Origin: a virus
Virus record (IMG/VR): IMGVR_UViG_3300045988_174371
Location: 288,001-352,000 of that record
Direction: 5' to 3' (one strand)
DNA length: 64,000 bases
Within the stretch, counting starts at the first letter, position 1. Each line of letters starts with the position of its first letter. The notes below the pieces were generated by a model. The model did no database searches. It worked only from the letters and a program-made list of their open reading frames with translations, and was not told the DNA's origin. Positions 51,982-60,361 of this stretch are shown one piece after another. Both the position numbers and the translations under genes were made by a program.

Positions 51982-52845
51982 TCACCTCCCCATGTACGGG
52001 GTTCCTAGAGCCCGCTCAAGGAAGCAATGCCAGTCGCTCAGCTGATACTCTTTGCTGGTCTCTTCCTTACTAAAAAGCTCTTCGATGCCGTGGCTAGAAC
52101 AGTTTGCTTGAAGGATTTTGCGGGGTGCCAGCCAGTAGTCCTTGAGAATCTTGTCCAGTGATACGCGCATCAGTTTTTCAAGGCGGGTGGCGCTAAATGC
52201 GTAGTAGGGATTACGGAGGGTGCCTTCGGCATAGATGCTTCGATGCGTATCACCGTGCGGCTTGAGTCTCCCCTCTGCGCGTAGGAAGTAAAATGTGGCG
52301 GCAGGGTCGCCTAGGAGGATAAGCGGGAGCCAGAGGGCGCAACGACAGCGCGGCATATTCTGCGAGTGAACTTCACCGTTGAGACAGAAGCGAATATTGA
52401 CATACTCGGGGTGCTTATCCATGAGGTTTGCGGCGAATGTAGCTACCGACTGGAATGTCTGATTGGTGATAGCCGTATCTTCGGTGATGAGTCGAGAGAT
52501 GTCAGTCATGATGGGGGTGTTCCAGTAGCTATTGATGCTTACTGTCTCCGGCAGGGCGTTGAAGTCGTGGAGCTCAAATTTTCCGCCGTATTCGCCGCCA
52601 ATGATATGGAAATTACCCTTCACGGTAGCGTTGCCGGTAAAGGTTGCAGTAAGGTCGGTTTCTCGGCAGGCGACATGGGCATTGTCAGATGCTCGCAGTA
52701 TGTAGTGCGTTCCACCTTCAACGTATGCGTTATCGCGAACCTCGCAGGCGGTTAGTTCCGCGTCGTGGACACGGGCGTTGTCGCTGATGCGGTTCATGTC
52801 GCCATGAAGGACGCTGTTTCCGGTCACGTTATCGACATTTTTCAC
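51982..52845 (-). CDS. B-family paralogue B6 (287 aa)
   Basis: The N-terminus has DNA[RYH]V / GNxxV repeats every ~17-18 aa. The C-terminal module is RFCLNGEVHSQNMPRCRCALWLPLILLGDPAATFYFLRAEG. GTG start after AGGAAG. Confidence 0.78.
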   Translation of the reverse strand: MKNVDNVTGNSVLHGDMNRISDNARVHDAELTACEVRDNAYVEGGTHYILRASDNAHVACRETDLTATFTGNATVKGNFHIIGGEYGGKFELHDFNALPETVSINSYWNTPIMTDISRLITEDTAITNQTFQSVATFAANLMDKHPEYVNIRFCLNGEVHSQNMPRCRCALWLPLILLGDPAATFYFLRAEGRLKPHGDTHRSIYAEGTLRNPYYAFSATRLEKLMRVSLDKILKDYWLAPRKILQANCSSHGIEELFSKEETSKEYQLSDWHCFLERALGTPYMGR

Positions 52846-52896
52846 GGGTTTCTTCCTGAGTGTGAGTAGTGCATGATTTTCATTAAGATTTAGGGG

Positions 52897-52957
52897 TAAA
52901 ACCGTACCAATTTAAGGGTTTTCACTTAGTGTTTTGCCTTAAATTGGTACGGTTTTA
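52897..52957. terminator. terminator of the VWA-MoxR operon
   Basis: 21-bp perfect stem taaaaccgtaccaatttaagg / ccttaaattggtacggtttta. Confidence 0.75.
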
Positions 52958-52973
52958 GGGGTGATGGTGGCGG

Positions 52974-54539
52974 CTACATTTCGTTGTTGCCTACCGCGAA
53001 GAGCGCGGGGTAGAGTCGGGCACTTAGAGCACCTGCAATGGTTAGCGGGTTGTGCTCCAAAGACTCAAGGTGGCTATCCAACTTTTCCTGCTGGCTACTA
53101 GTGGTAGGATGCAGGTTAATCGACTTAGGCAGACCCAGCTCTTCAGTAGAGAACGCCTTCAGTAGACCCTCGCTGTGGCTCTTGGAGAGCATCTTGTGAG
53201 GAACCATAACCATAGGGTCATCCACACCACCGCCCGTAATGTCGGTACGGTTAGTGATGCTGTTGATAAGGTACTCCAGGACTGCGTGTAGCGGCGCGCG
53301 GAACACGCGGTTGCAATACGGCGACTCTTCATCCACTAACTCCGAAATAAGGTTCGTCACATTGACGATACCTTCCAGCAGGCGCGCCTTAGCTTCCTCA
53401 TCAGGGGCAGTATCGGACTTCTCTGGGAGGAAGTCATCAATATAGGTGTTTAGGCGCTCTGCAAGGCGGGAGGCATTGTCCTGGTCGTTCTCTGCGGTAG
53501 TTCGAGAGACCTTCTCAGGGTTCTCGAAAATTTCCGTAAGCGACATGGTTGCAATGGCAGAACCGCCGCCGGTAAGGGAGTCCGCATAGTTCTTGAGTGC
53601 GTCAGCAAAGGCGTTGTATCCGTCAAAGCCGATGGTCATCTGGGTAAAGTGAATCGCCAGGTCGTAGAACTTCTTCGGTTCTTCGGTGGGAAGCGAAGCA
53701 AGAAGGTCTGCGAGGTTTTCCCAGCTTCGCGGGGAGCGCCATGCGTAAGTTGCCGCGTCACGGCAGTTCTCATCCATGCTCTCTGCGAAGCGTTCAATGC
53801 GGGCATCACGGTTCATCTCATACAGGGTTCTGTCAGTGCGCTTGTCGAGATAGGTCGCAATCATCTCTCGGATGCGGCGCTCGTTATCAGTCATAGGCTT
53901 ACCCCAGGCGACCTTGAAGCCTTCCAGCCAGTCACCAATCGGCTGGTGGACAGGAATCCAGGTGACGCGGTTCTGCGTGGGCGGCGCAATGGGAGTGGGG
54001 TTCACGGAACTAGCCATTGAGTTAGTTGCCAAGACGATAACCGTCTCAGTAGGGATGGGGGTGCCATCAGGGAAGCGGCGCTCGTTAAAGATGTACAGCA
54101 TAGCCGCCTGAACGCTCTCGTTCGAGTTGCTGTATTCATCCAGCAGGAGAATGACCTTGCGGTGCTTGAGGATGCGTACCTGGAACGGTTCGTTGAGGTA
54201 GGTCGTAGACGGAACCTCGGTGAAGTTACCTTCTTCGTCAATGATGGTGGTAGAGCCTACGGAAGGGATACCCCCGATGGATTCAGGGGAAAGCTGAGCG
54301 CCAACAAGCACTTCTACGCTGTGGTAACCCATTTCGTCCTTGAGGGCGTGGATGGATGCGGTCTTGCCGATGCCGGGGCTACCGATGAGTCCGATAGATT
54401 TGCCGGGCTTCAGCTCACCGTTTGCGCCCATATGGGGGAATGCGCCGTACTTCACTAGTTCCATTGCGGTACTCAGAGATACGGGGGTGACGTTAATTGC
54501 GCCGGTGGGCTTTTCGTCTGTCATTACTGCATTAGACAT
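52974..54539 (-). CDS. MoxR/CobS-like AAA+ ATPase (521 aa)
   Basis: Walker A GSPGIGKT, Walker B VILLLDEYSNS, sensor-1-like VIVLATN, and SD AAGGAG. The C-terminal ~300 aa are unassigned. Confidence 0.85.
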   Translation of the reverse strand: MSNAVMTDEKPTGAINVTPVSLSTAMELVKYGAFPHMGANGELKPGKSIGLIGSPGIGKTASIHALKDEMGYHSVEVLVGAQLSPESIGGIPSVGSTTIIDEEGNFTEVPSTTYLNEPFQVRILKHRKVILLLDEYSNSNESVQAAMLYIFNERRFPDGTPIPTETVIVLATNSMASSVNPTPIAPPTQNRVTWIPVHQPIGDWLEGFKVAWGKPMTDNERRIREMIATYLDKRTDRTLYEMNRDARIERFAESMDENCRDAATYAWRSPRSWENLADLLASLPTEEPKKFYDLAIHFTQMTIGFDGYNAFADALKNYADSLTGGGSAIATMSLTEIFENPEKVSRTTAENDQDNASRLAERLNTYIDDFLPEKSDTAPDEEAKARLLEGIVNVTNLISELVDEESPYCNRVFRAPLHAVLEYLINSITNRTDITGGGVDDPMVMVPHKMLSKSHSEGLLKAFSTEELGLPKSINLHPTTSSQQEKLDSHLESLEHNPLTIAGALSARLYPALFAVGNNEM

Positions 54540-54578
54540 GGTGGTTAGTCTCCTTCTTAGGTGGTGTAGAGATGTTGC

Positions 54579-56366
54579 TTAGTGTGCAACTCGGATGATG
54601 GTTGGTTTGTAGTTTGCTGGTAGCGACTTGAAATATTCATGCATATGCAGGATGTCCTTGTCGCTATGCTTGGAGGTTAGAACGATAGCCAGCCCGTAGT
54701 TATGCTTGCACTTAAGGGCGTTGGCTACGTTCTGCCAGTCGATGTATCCGTCGGTAATGAGGATGCCCAGTGCGGCGGGAGGGTTCTTCTTCTCTCGGCT
54801 CGTCTCATACTCGTTGAGAGCGTTGATGAAAGGAGTCATGGCGGTACCGCCGCCACCCTTAAACACCACGTCAGATAGTTTCTTCACCGGCTGGAAATCG
54901 CCTAGAACAGTGTCAATAGCGCTAATGCGTAGGTCTGCTCGGTTCTTGAAACTATCAATAATGCGCTCAATATTACCTAGCACACGCCCACTATCTTCCC
55001 TGGTATGCATGGAGCCAGAGGTATCCACTCCAATGTACACGGTCGGCTTGACTGCATAACGAGTTGGAAGTAGCACTCGCTTATCTGGCAGGGCGGCGTT
55101 TAGTCGGTTGAACCTACGGAAGGTGCGGTGAGTACTGCCGGTGGTTCGGTGAGAAGACGCAATAGTGAGAACCTTCTTGAGCTGTGTAGACCATACGACA
55201 TAGTTGCCTGCGTCAATCTTGAGCACCCAGTTAAGAATGTTGTCCAGGTGGGTGTTGCCGATAGACTTACGCATCTGCTCTGCACGTACTAGGGCGAGCA
55301 TGTCGTTACGGCTTTCACGTTTGATAAGCTCGTCAGCCGCCTGGATACCCAGCGCGTCCATGAGGCTCTGAAGCATTTCAGCAGTAACAAACTGGTCGGT
55401 CATCTCGGTAAACTTCCCCTGCTGGGTATTGCTCTCGGGGGAACCTGCTTCGCCGGGGGTGCCACCATTGCCGCCAGAAGCTCCCTTATCGCTGTCACTA
55501 GTGCTATTGCCCTGCTGGTCACCATTGCTGGGATTTGCGCCGCTATTGGAGCCGCTGGTGTCGCTATCAGAGTTACCACTGGAGGTATCGCTGGAGCCGG
55601 TATCCTCATTATTGGTATTAGAGGTGCCGTCACCTTCTTCACTGTTCTTATCGTCGCTACCGCCATCATTACTGAGGCTTGAGCGCTGAGAGGCACCATT
55701 ATTCGATTTAACATCAGAGCTATTATCCCCCTGCGGTTCGCCGGTAGGCGAAGCAGACTCATTGCTCTGCGGCTTACTTTCAGCAGAGCCGCTACCTCCA
55801 CCAGAGCCTTGCTGTCCTAGGGCTTCTGCGTCATCCCTAAGCGCGTTGTGGAACTCCTCTGCGATGCCGCTGGCGGGGAGGTTGTAGTCTGCGGGAACAA
55901 AGTCAATGCCGGGAGTGAGGCGGAAGCGACCGGAGATGCCACTGATGCGCTGGTTAATTTCAAGGTCGAATGCCAGGCGGGTAATCTCGTCATCTTTGTA
56001 GCCTCGGGTAGCAACGCGCTTATCCTGTAGGATGATGATTCGCAAAATTTCACGGAGCGCCACCTTGAGGGTTTCCGCGTTGCGATAGGTGTCTAGAGAG
56101 CCCTCAGGGAGGCTGATGCGCCAGTCCTTGTCGATGCTTGCCTGCTTGGAGTTGATGATTGCAGGGCGCACCTGTCGAATGATGGGTGCAAAGTATGGTG
56201 AGATGCTTGTCAGCTCGTCCGTGAGGTGAATGAACACGTCAAGCTCTTTAGGGGTGAGCTTACGTAGCATGATGGGCACTTTCTTAGGGCTATTTGCCGG
56301 TAGCCCAGTAATGCTGTTTACAGCGGGCGCGCCGGGCGGCGGTGCCATCTGAATAATAGGGAGCAT
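54579..56366 (-). CDS. VWA-domain protein with a DUF2201-like N-terminal domain (degenerate metallopeptidase motif) and a Ser/Gly/Asn/Asp-rich linker
   Basis: MIDAS motif VYIGVDTSGSM ... GGGTAM ... ILITDGY. The N-terminal region has ALREILRII where HExxH is expected, followed by AFDLEINQRI. ATG at 56366 (MLPIIQ) follows GGAGGG. Confidence 0.8.
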   Translation of the reverse strand: MLPIIQMAPPPGAPAVNSITGLPANSPKKVPIMLRKLTPKELDVFIHLTDELTSISPYFAPIIRQVRPAIINSKQASIDKDWRISLPEGSLDTYRNAETLKVALREILRIIILQDKRVATRGYKDDEITRLAFDLEINQRISGISGRFRLTPGIDFVPADYNLPASGIAEEFHNALRDDAEALGQQGSGGGSGSAESKPQSNESASPTGEPQGDNSSDVKSNNGASQRSSLSNDGGSDDKNSEEGDGTSNTNNEDTGSSDTSSGNSDSDTSGSNSGANPSNGDQQGNSTSDSDKGASGGNGGTPGEAGSPESNTQQGKFTEMTDQFVTAEMLQSLMDALGIQAADELIKRESRNDMLALVRAEQMRKSIGNTHLDNILNWVLKIDAGNYVVWSTQLKKVLTIASSHRTTGSTHRTFRRFNRLNAALPDKRVLLPTRYAVKPTVYIGVDTSGSMHTREDSGRVLGNIERIIDSFKNRADLRISAIDTVLGDFQPVKKLSDVVFKGGGGTAMTPFINALNEYETSREKKNPPAALGILITDGYIDWQNVANALKCKHNYGLAIVLTSKHSDKDILHMHEYFKSLPANYKPTIIRVAH

Positions 56367-56395
56367 ACAGCAACCCCTCCTTTCTTTCAAAGAAT

Positions 56396-56404
56396 AGTGT
56401 ATCA
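56396..56404 (-). promoter_or_regulatory. extended -10 box TGATACACT for the VWA-MoxR operon
   Basis: The minus strand reads AATATATGTGATACACT, about 30 nt upstream of the ATG at 56366. Confidence 0.5.
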
Positions 56405-56456
56405 CATATATTGCAGGCTAACAAGAACCTGCAACATTTTCTCCACAATAAGAGAA

Positions 56457-56510
56457 AACACCTGAGGTGCATGTTGGTCATAGCCTTAACCAACATGCAC
56501 CTCAGGTGTT
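56457..56510. terminator. intrinsic terminator
   Basis: 21-bp perfect stem aacacctgaggtgcatgttgg / ccaacatgcacctcaggtgtt with a U-tract on the minus strand. Confidence 0.8.
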
Positions 56511-56522
56511 GAGCGCTAATCG

Positions 56523-56786
56523 TTATTCGCCGCTGAAGCCACAGTCCGAAGAGCCAGAATCCGACGAAGAGTAAGAAGAAGAGGAGCAAGAATCGCTGTA
56601 GCTACTGCTCGAAGAATAGCTATCTGAACTGCTACTCGTAGAGTAGTCGTAACCGCTGTCTACGTCGCGTGCGTCGTCAAAAACAGTAGAGTTGCTAGTG
56701 CTTGACGAAGTGCCTACACCCGCCGATGCGCTCGAACGACGCAGGGATTCCTTCTTCTTTGCGCGAAGCTTGCCAAAAGAAAACAT
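56523..56786 (-). CDS. small Ser/Asp/Tyr-rich low-complexity protein (87 aa)
   Basis: A basic N-terminus MFSFGKLRAKKKESLRR is followed by ...SSSSDSYSSSSSYSDSCSSSSYSSSDSGSSDCGFSGE. Confidence 0.5.
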   Translation of the reverse strand: MFSFGKLRAKKKESLRRSSASAGVGTSSSTSNSTVFDDARDVDSGYDYSTSSSSDSYSSSSSYSDSCSSSSYSSSDSGSSDCGFSGE

Positions 56787-56808
56787 GTAAGGTCCTAACT
56801 AGGTATAC

Positions 56809-57171
56809 CTACGGTGAGGTAGTGTTCAAATCTTCGTACAGCAGAAACCCGCAATACCTAGAGTAGGTCACCCCAAGGCTACGGCTCTCCGTGTAGGGAA
56901 TCGATTGAGATACCCGATGCCCAACACTCTTATATCTTACCTTCCCAGGCGCAGGGTAGGCAACCCAGCTCTCCTTCTTACTCCTAGAGTTCTTACGCAT
57001 AATGTGCGCCACTGGCTTAGGTGGCTCTACTGACCTATTAACCACTGTATAGATTTTCGGGTTGCCGGTAGTCATTAGCGCTGTGTTAGTTTCGTAGTTC
57101 GTGGCGACCGCCTGCCATTCAGACGCACCCATAACAATATGGTCTACATCCTCAGCTTTCATAGTACCCAT
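56809..57171 (-). CDS. hypothetical protein (120 aa)
   Basis: Co-directional ORF, tightly packed with its neighbours. Confidence 0.6.
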   Translation of the reverse strand: MGTMKAEDVDHIVMGASEWQAVATNYETNTALMTTGNPKIYTVVNRSVEPPKPVAHIMRKNSRSKKESWVAYPAPGKVRYKSVGHRVSQSIPYTESRSLGVTYSRYCGFLLYEDLNTTSP

Positions 57172-57179
57172 AACAGCCC

Positions 57180-57629
57180 CTAACGCCTATTACCAGTAGC
57201 GATAAGGTTATATGCCTGCAACATGCAGTCCTTACCGCCATCTTGAGCCTCTGCAATAGAGGCGAACATGGCAACTTTCATGCCGCGCTGGTGTGCTTCT
57301 CGCGCGAAGTTAGCCGCACCTACTCCTACAGATACCGCAAGGGATAGCCCGCTATCCTGCAACTCTGCCAATACCGACGGGTGGGGGATGGCAACAATCG
57401 TATCTGGCAAACCAGGTTCCATAGGCATAACCGTAAATAGAGAGGGGGCTTTACTGTGCATGGCTGAGGATAGTTCCTCAATGGTGGTTGCATGACGGAA
57501 TGGCTCCAGTATGGGCTCTGTGCGATGCAGGTCATACTGTGAGGCACTAATGAAGAACGGTAAGTAGCTGTCCTCCAGGCGGTATGTCTGGACGGGTGTC
57601 CAGTTCGGGTTGTTTTCAAAACGGGGCAT
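57180..57629 (-). CDS. hypothetical protein (about 149 aa)
   Basis: ATG at 57629 (MPRFENN). The longer ORF-track start would overlap B7. Confidence 0.6.
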   Translation of the reverse strand: MPRFENNPNWTPVQTYRLEDSYLPFFISASQYDLHRTEPILEPFRHATTIEELSSAMHSKAPSLFTVMPMEPGLPDTIVAIPHPSVLAELQDSGLSLAVSVGVGAANFAREAHQRGMKVAMFASIAEAQDGGKDCMLQAYNLIATGNRR

Positions 57630-57640
57630 GGGTCGTACCT

Positions 57641-58813
57641 TTATGCATGGTCTGGTTTGATGTTGGTAAGTCGAAGAATCTTGTTCACCCATTCCTCTTT
57701 GCTGGCGGGAATGTCGTGAAGGGATGAATGTTCTTCCCATGTTTTGCGAAGCTCAGCTTTGAGGGCGACTTCAAGCTGAGGAATCGTTAGGAAGTTGTAG
57801 GGGTGCCCTGCGGGAAGTTTAGAGACCCTGCTTCCCGATAGCGCCATATACTGCACCGCCGCCGGAGTCCCCATGATGTAGAGCGGGAAATAGAGTGCAC
57901 AGCGGCAGGGACGGCGATGGCGGGTGGAATCGAGGCAGAACTCCCATTCTCCTGTGCTCCAACCCAATGCCTCACAGCTTATCTCTAGAAGATGCTGAAT
58001 GGAACTGGGTTGAATTAGGGTTTCACCGTTCAGGTGGTTGATAAAGTCGGAAACGTAGTATGCATCATCAACACAGACTTTCGTCTCATCGCTTGAGGCG
58101 ACTTCATGCAGGGCATTGAAGTTCCCGCTCATGAAAACGTCGCCTTCAAGGGTGACGTTTCTTAGCATTGCGAAATGCACAGAGATATTTCCTCCCAAGT
58201 GGCACCCTGCAAGATATGAATCATCTCCAACGTATATGTCTCCGCCATGTAGCGTAGTATTACTGACGGTTGCGTAGCCAATGTCTACCTTACCACTGGT
58301 GAACACGCCGCCTTCAATTAGTGCGCCATCATGTACGTGCGTGTCATCACGAAGGATGCACTCAGGGGTTCCCTCGTTGCCGCTATCTGTATGAGTGATA
58401 GCGCGTGGCGGTTTGAATGACCTTGGGGACTCAATACAGCTTCGGTCAAGCACTAGCACCGTGGGCGACTGCCAGCCAGTAGAGGTTATTTCTACAGTTT
58501 CGCTTACTTCCGCTTCCCCTTCCTGAATTTTTCCAGGTTCCTTAGGGTGTGTCGCGTCTGCTTCATCCATTGTTAGCCAAGGTGCCTGCCATTCAGGGTC
58601 ACTGTATAGGGCGCAATGAATTTTCTTTGCGCGCTTACCTGTGCGCTTATCCAGCTGTTCGTGGGTCAGATAGGTGAGGTTTACCTTTTTGTCTGCTAGA
58701 GCGTACAGTTCTTCCTTAATCCTGTCGCCGGGGAAAGTGTAGGTGTTGAGGATATGTCGGGCGGTTGCCACCGTATATGTGGTTTTCTGCTCGATACTGG
58801 GGGTGAACGCCAT
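57641..58813 (-). CDS. B-family paralogue B7 (390 aa)
   Basis: EFCLDSTRHRRPCRCALYFPLYIMGTPAAVQYMALSGS, with beta-helix-like repeats (GGVFTSGKVDIGYATVSNTTLHGGDIYVGDDSYLAGCHLGGNISV) and SD AAGGAG. Confidence 0.8.
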   Translation of the reverse strand: MAFTPSIEQKTTYTVATARHILNTYTFPGDRIKEELYALADKKVNLTYLTHEQLDKRTGKRAKKIHCALYSDPEWQAPWLTMDEADATHPKEPGKIQEGEAEVSETVEITSTGWQSPTVLVLDRSCIESPRSFKPPRAITHTDSGNEGTPECILRDDTHVHDGALIEGGVFTSGKVDIGYATVSNTTLHGGDIYVGDDSYLAGCHLGGNISVHFAMLRNVTLEGDVFMSGNFNALHEVASSDETKVCVDDAYYVSDFINHLNGETLIQPSSIQHLLEISCEALGWSTGEWEFCLDSTRHRRPCRCALYFPLYIMGTPAAVQYMALSGSRVSKLPAGHPYNFLTIPQLEVALKAELRKTWEEHSSLHDIPASKEEWVNKILRLTNIKPDHA

Positions 58814-58839
58814 GATGATACTCCTTGTAGGGCGCTAGG

Positions 58840-58968
58840 TTAGGTGCCTAGTTCGTGGACGGTTAGGATAGCTAATGTGGCGATAATAATGAATGCTACG
58901 TAGTGGTGGTGGCGGTGGTGTTTGCTTTCTGAATGGGGCTCTTCTCGGGTGTACCTATTGTTAAGCAT
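58840..58968 (-). CDS. possible small His-rich membrane peptide (42 aa)
   Basis: ATG at 58968 follows GAAGG. It translates as MLNNRYTREEPHSESKHHRHHHYVAFIIIATLAILTVHELGT. The longer ORF-track version overlaps tRNA-Met. Confidence 0.35.
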   Translation of the reverse strand: MLNNRYTREEPHSESKHHRHHHYVAFIIIATLAILTVHELGT

Positions 58969-59075
58969 GTATTTACCTTCTTGGTGTTGGGTTAGTGCGA
59001 GCCGCCCCTCAGCCCCCGTCTTTAATGATGTAGGGGTTGAGGGGCGGCTCATGTAGAGTATTTGGTTCTTGTGTG

Positions 59076-59149
59076 TACGCCGTGTGGGGATTGAACCCAC
59101 GACCTAGGGATTATGAGTCCCTTGCTCTAACCTGCTGAGCTAACGGCGC
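59076..59149 (-). tRNA. tRNA with CAU anticodon (Met, or Ile2 if lysidinylated)
   Basis: The reverse complement is GCGCCGTTAGCTCAGCAGGTTAGAGC A AGGGA CTCATAA TCCCT AGGTC GTGGGTTCAATCCCCAC ACGGCGT A, with a G1-U72 wobble. Confidence 0.85.
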
Positions 59150-59179
59150 ATATGCGGCGGAGTGTCCGTCACATGTACC

Positions 59180-59188
59180 ACTTTACCA
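59180..59188 (-). promoter_or_regulatory. extended -10 box TGGTAAAGT (overlapping a second TGGTACATG) upstream of tRNA-Met
   Basis: The minus strand reads ATATGTGGTAAAGTGGTACATG at 59172-59193. Confidence 0.4.
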
Positions 59189-59215
59189 CATATCGACTGG
59201 CGGCGCAAAACGCAC

Positions 59216-59737
59216 TTACTGGTGGGTGTAGTAGGCGCTCTGGGTTACGGGCTCATCAGAGGCATACAGAGGGTTTTCCGTGTAGGTGCCTGCCGAAATG
59301 GTGATGTCGCGGATGTCGCGGTATGTGCCGCTAACCATAGCGCCGCCCGTAATGTGCGTGTAGCCGCCTAGCGAACTGTTGCCGCCGGTCTGACTGTACC
59401 CATACTGCTGAGCCTCACCAGTCAGAGTGGAGCTTCCTCGGTGAACTGCATATTCATATAGCATTGCGTTGCCGGTAACAAGGGCGTTTACCATGCATAC
59501 AGCATTGTCGAATACCTTACCTTCGCCTGCTACCCAAGCATTATTTCCCTGCGTAAGGTTGTGTTCAGATTCAATCCATCCGCCTAGCTGACCTGCAATG
59601 ACATTATGCTCGGGAATGTCGCGGGTCGCCTTGATGCGGTGTACGGTAACTTCCCGTCCTTGCCAGCGGGGGTGGGGGAAAGTCGCCGTCTTATCGGTGA
59701 GTACGTACTTGCGGTTCTTATTGAAAGTATTGCTCAT
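59216..59737 (-). CDS. beta-helix-repeat protein (about 173 aa) related to the B-family N-termini but lacking the CHCC module
   Basis: ATG at 59737 (MSNTFNK). The repeats are NNAWVAG, DNAVCMV, GNAMLYE, GSSTLTG, GNSSLGG and GGAMVSG. Confidence 0.65.
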   Translation of the reverse strand: MSNTFNKNRKYVLTDKTATFPHPRWQGREVTVHRIKATRDIPEHNVIAGQLGGWIESEHNLTQGNNAWVAGEGKVFDNAVCMVNALVTGNAMLYEYAVHRGSSTLTGEAQQYGYSQTGGNSSLGGYTHITGGAMVSGTYRDIRDITISAGTYTENPLYASDEPVTQSAYYTHQ

Positions 59738-59790
59738 TCTATGGTTCTTTCTGGAAATATTCTGCACCCAAAAAGCTGGGCTTGATGGTA

Positions 59791-59799
59791 AGTGTACCA
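59791..59799 (-). promoter_or_regulatory. extended -10 box TGGTACACT
   Basis: The minus strand reads ATCTATGGTACACT, about 55 nt upstream of the ATG at 59737. Confidence 0.45.
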
Positions 59800-59880
59800 T
59801 AGATTTAAGGCGGCTTTTGCACCCCATCAGGGGCATGGTAAACTTAAACTCCCAAGCGAAACAACCTATTGAAAGGAAAT

Positions 59881-60243
59881 ATGAACCCCCAAAAGAAACA
59901 CATGAAGAAACACCTGACCACTGCCGCGCTCGCACTTGGCTTCAATTTGCCGGGCATCATGTTCGCCGCATACCTCATCCTCGCCAACTCTCTGCGCTCA
60001 GTCCCCGGAGACATACACCTAATCACCACCGCCACAGGTCAGGACATCAATCTTATCGCCCTAGGAGCCGCATGGTTCATTGGAGAGAGTATTGCGGCAG
60101 TCATCGCCGTAGTAGCAATCACTGCAAAGGAAGCCGCCGTCATCGCCTATGGCAAGTCCCGACAGGCGCTTACTATCACCAAGAGAGCCCTTGTACGCTT
60201 CCTTGGGGTTGAAGTACACGAGAACCCACTGAGGAGCCGATAA
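59881..60243 (+). CDS. small membrane protein (120 aa)
   Basis: ATG at 59881 follows AAAGGAAAT. It has two or three TM segments and a terminator after the stop. Confidence 0.6.
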   Translation: MNPQKKHMKKHLTTAALALGFNLPGIMFAAYLILANSLRSVPGDIHLITTATGQDINLIALGAAWFIGESIAAVIAVVAITAKEAAVIAYGKSRQALTITKRALVRFLGVEVHENPLRSR

Positions 60244-60304
60244 GCACTCAGAGGGGCTATAGAAGCCCGCACAGTAGTAAAAGCTTACCCATGTAAGACA
60301 TGGA

Positions 60305-60343
60305 AGAGGGGCGGAGGTGTAGTCGATACACCTCCGCCCCTCT
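60305..60343. terminator. bidirectional terminator
   Basis: 16-bp perfect stem agaggggcggaggtgt / acacctccgcccctct. Confidence 0.8.
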
Positions 60344-60361
60344 CTTTAGACACATATAGAG

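Noticed and set aside
56523-56786. The Ser/Cys-rich small ORF as a lanthipeptide or other RiPP precursor.
   Set aside because: No LanB, LanC, LanM, YcaO or radical-SAM-type gene is recognisable nearby. The flanking genes are orphans and the VWA/MoxR pair.
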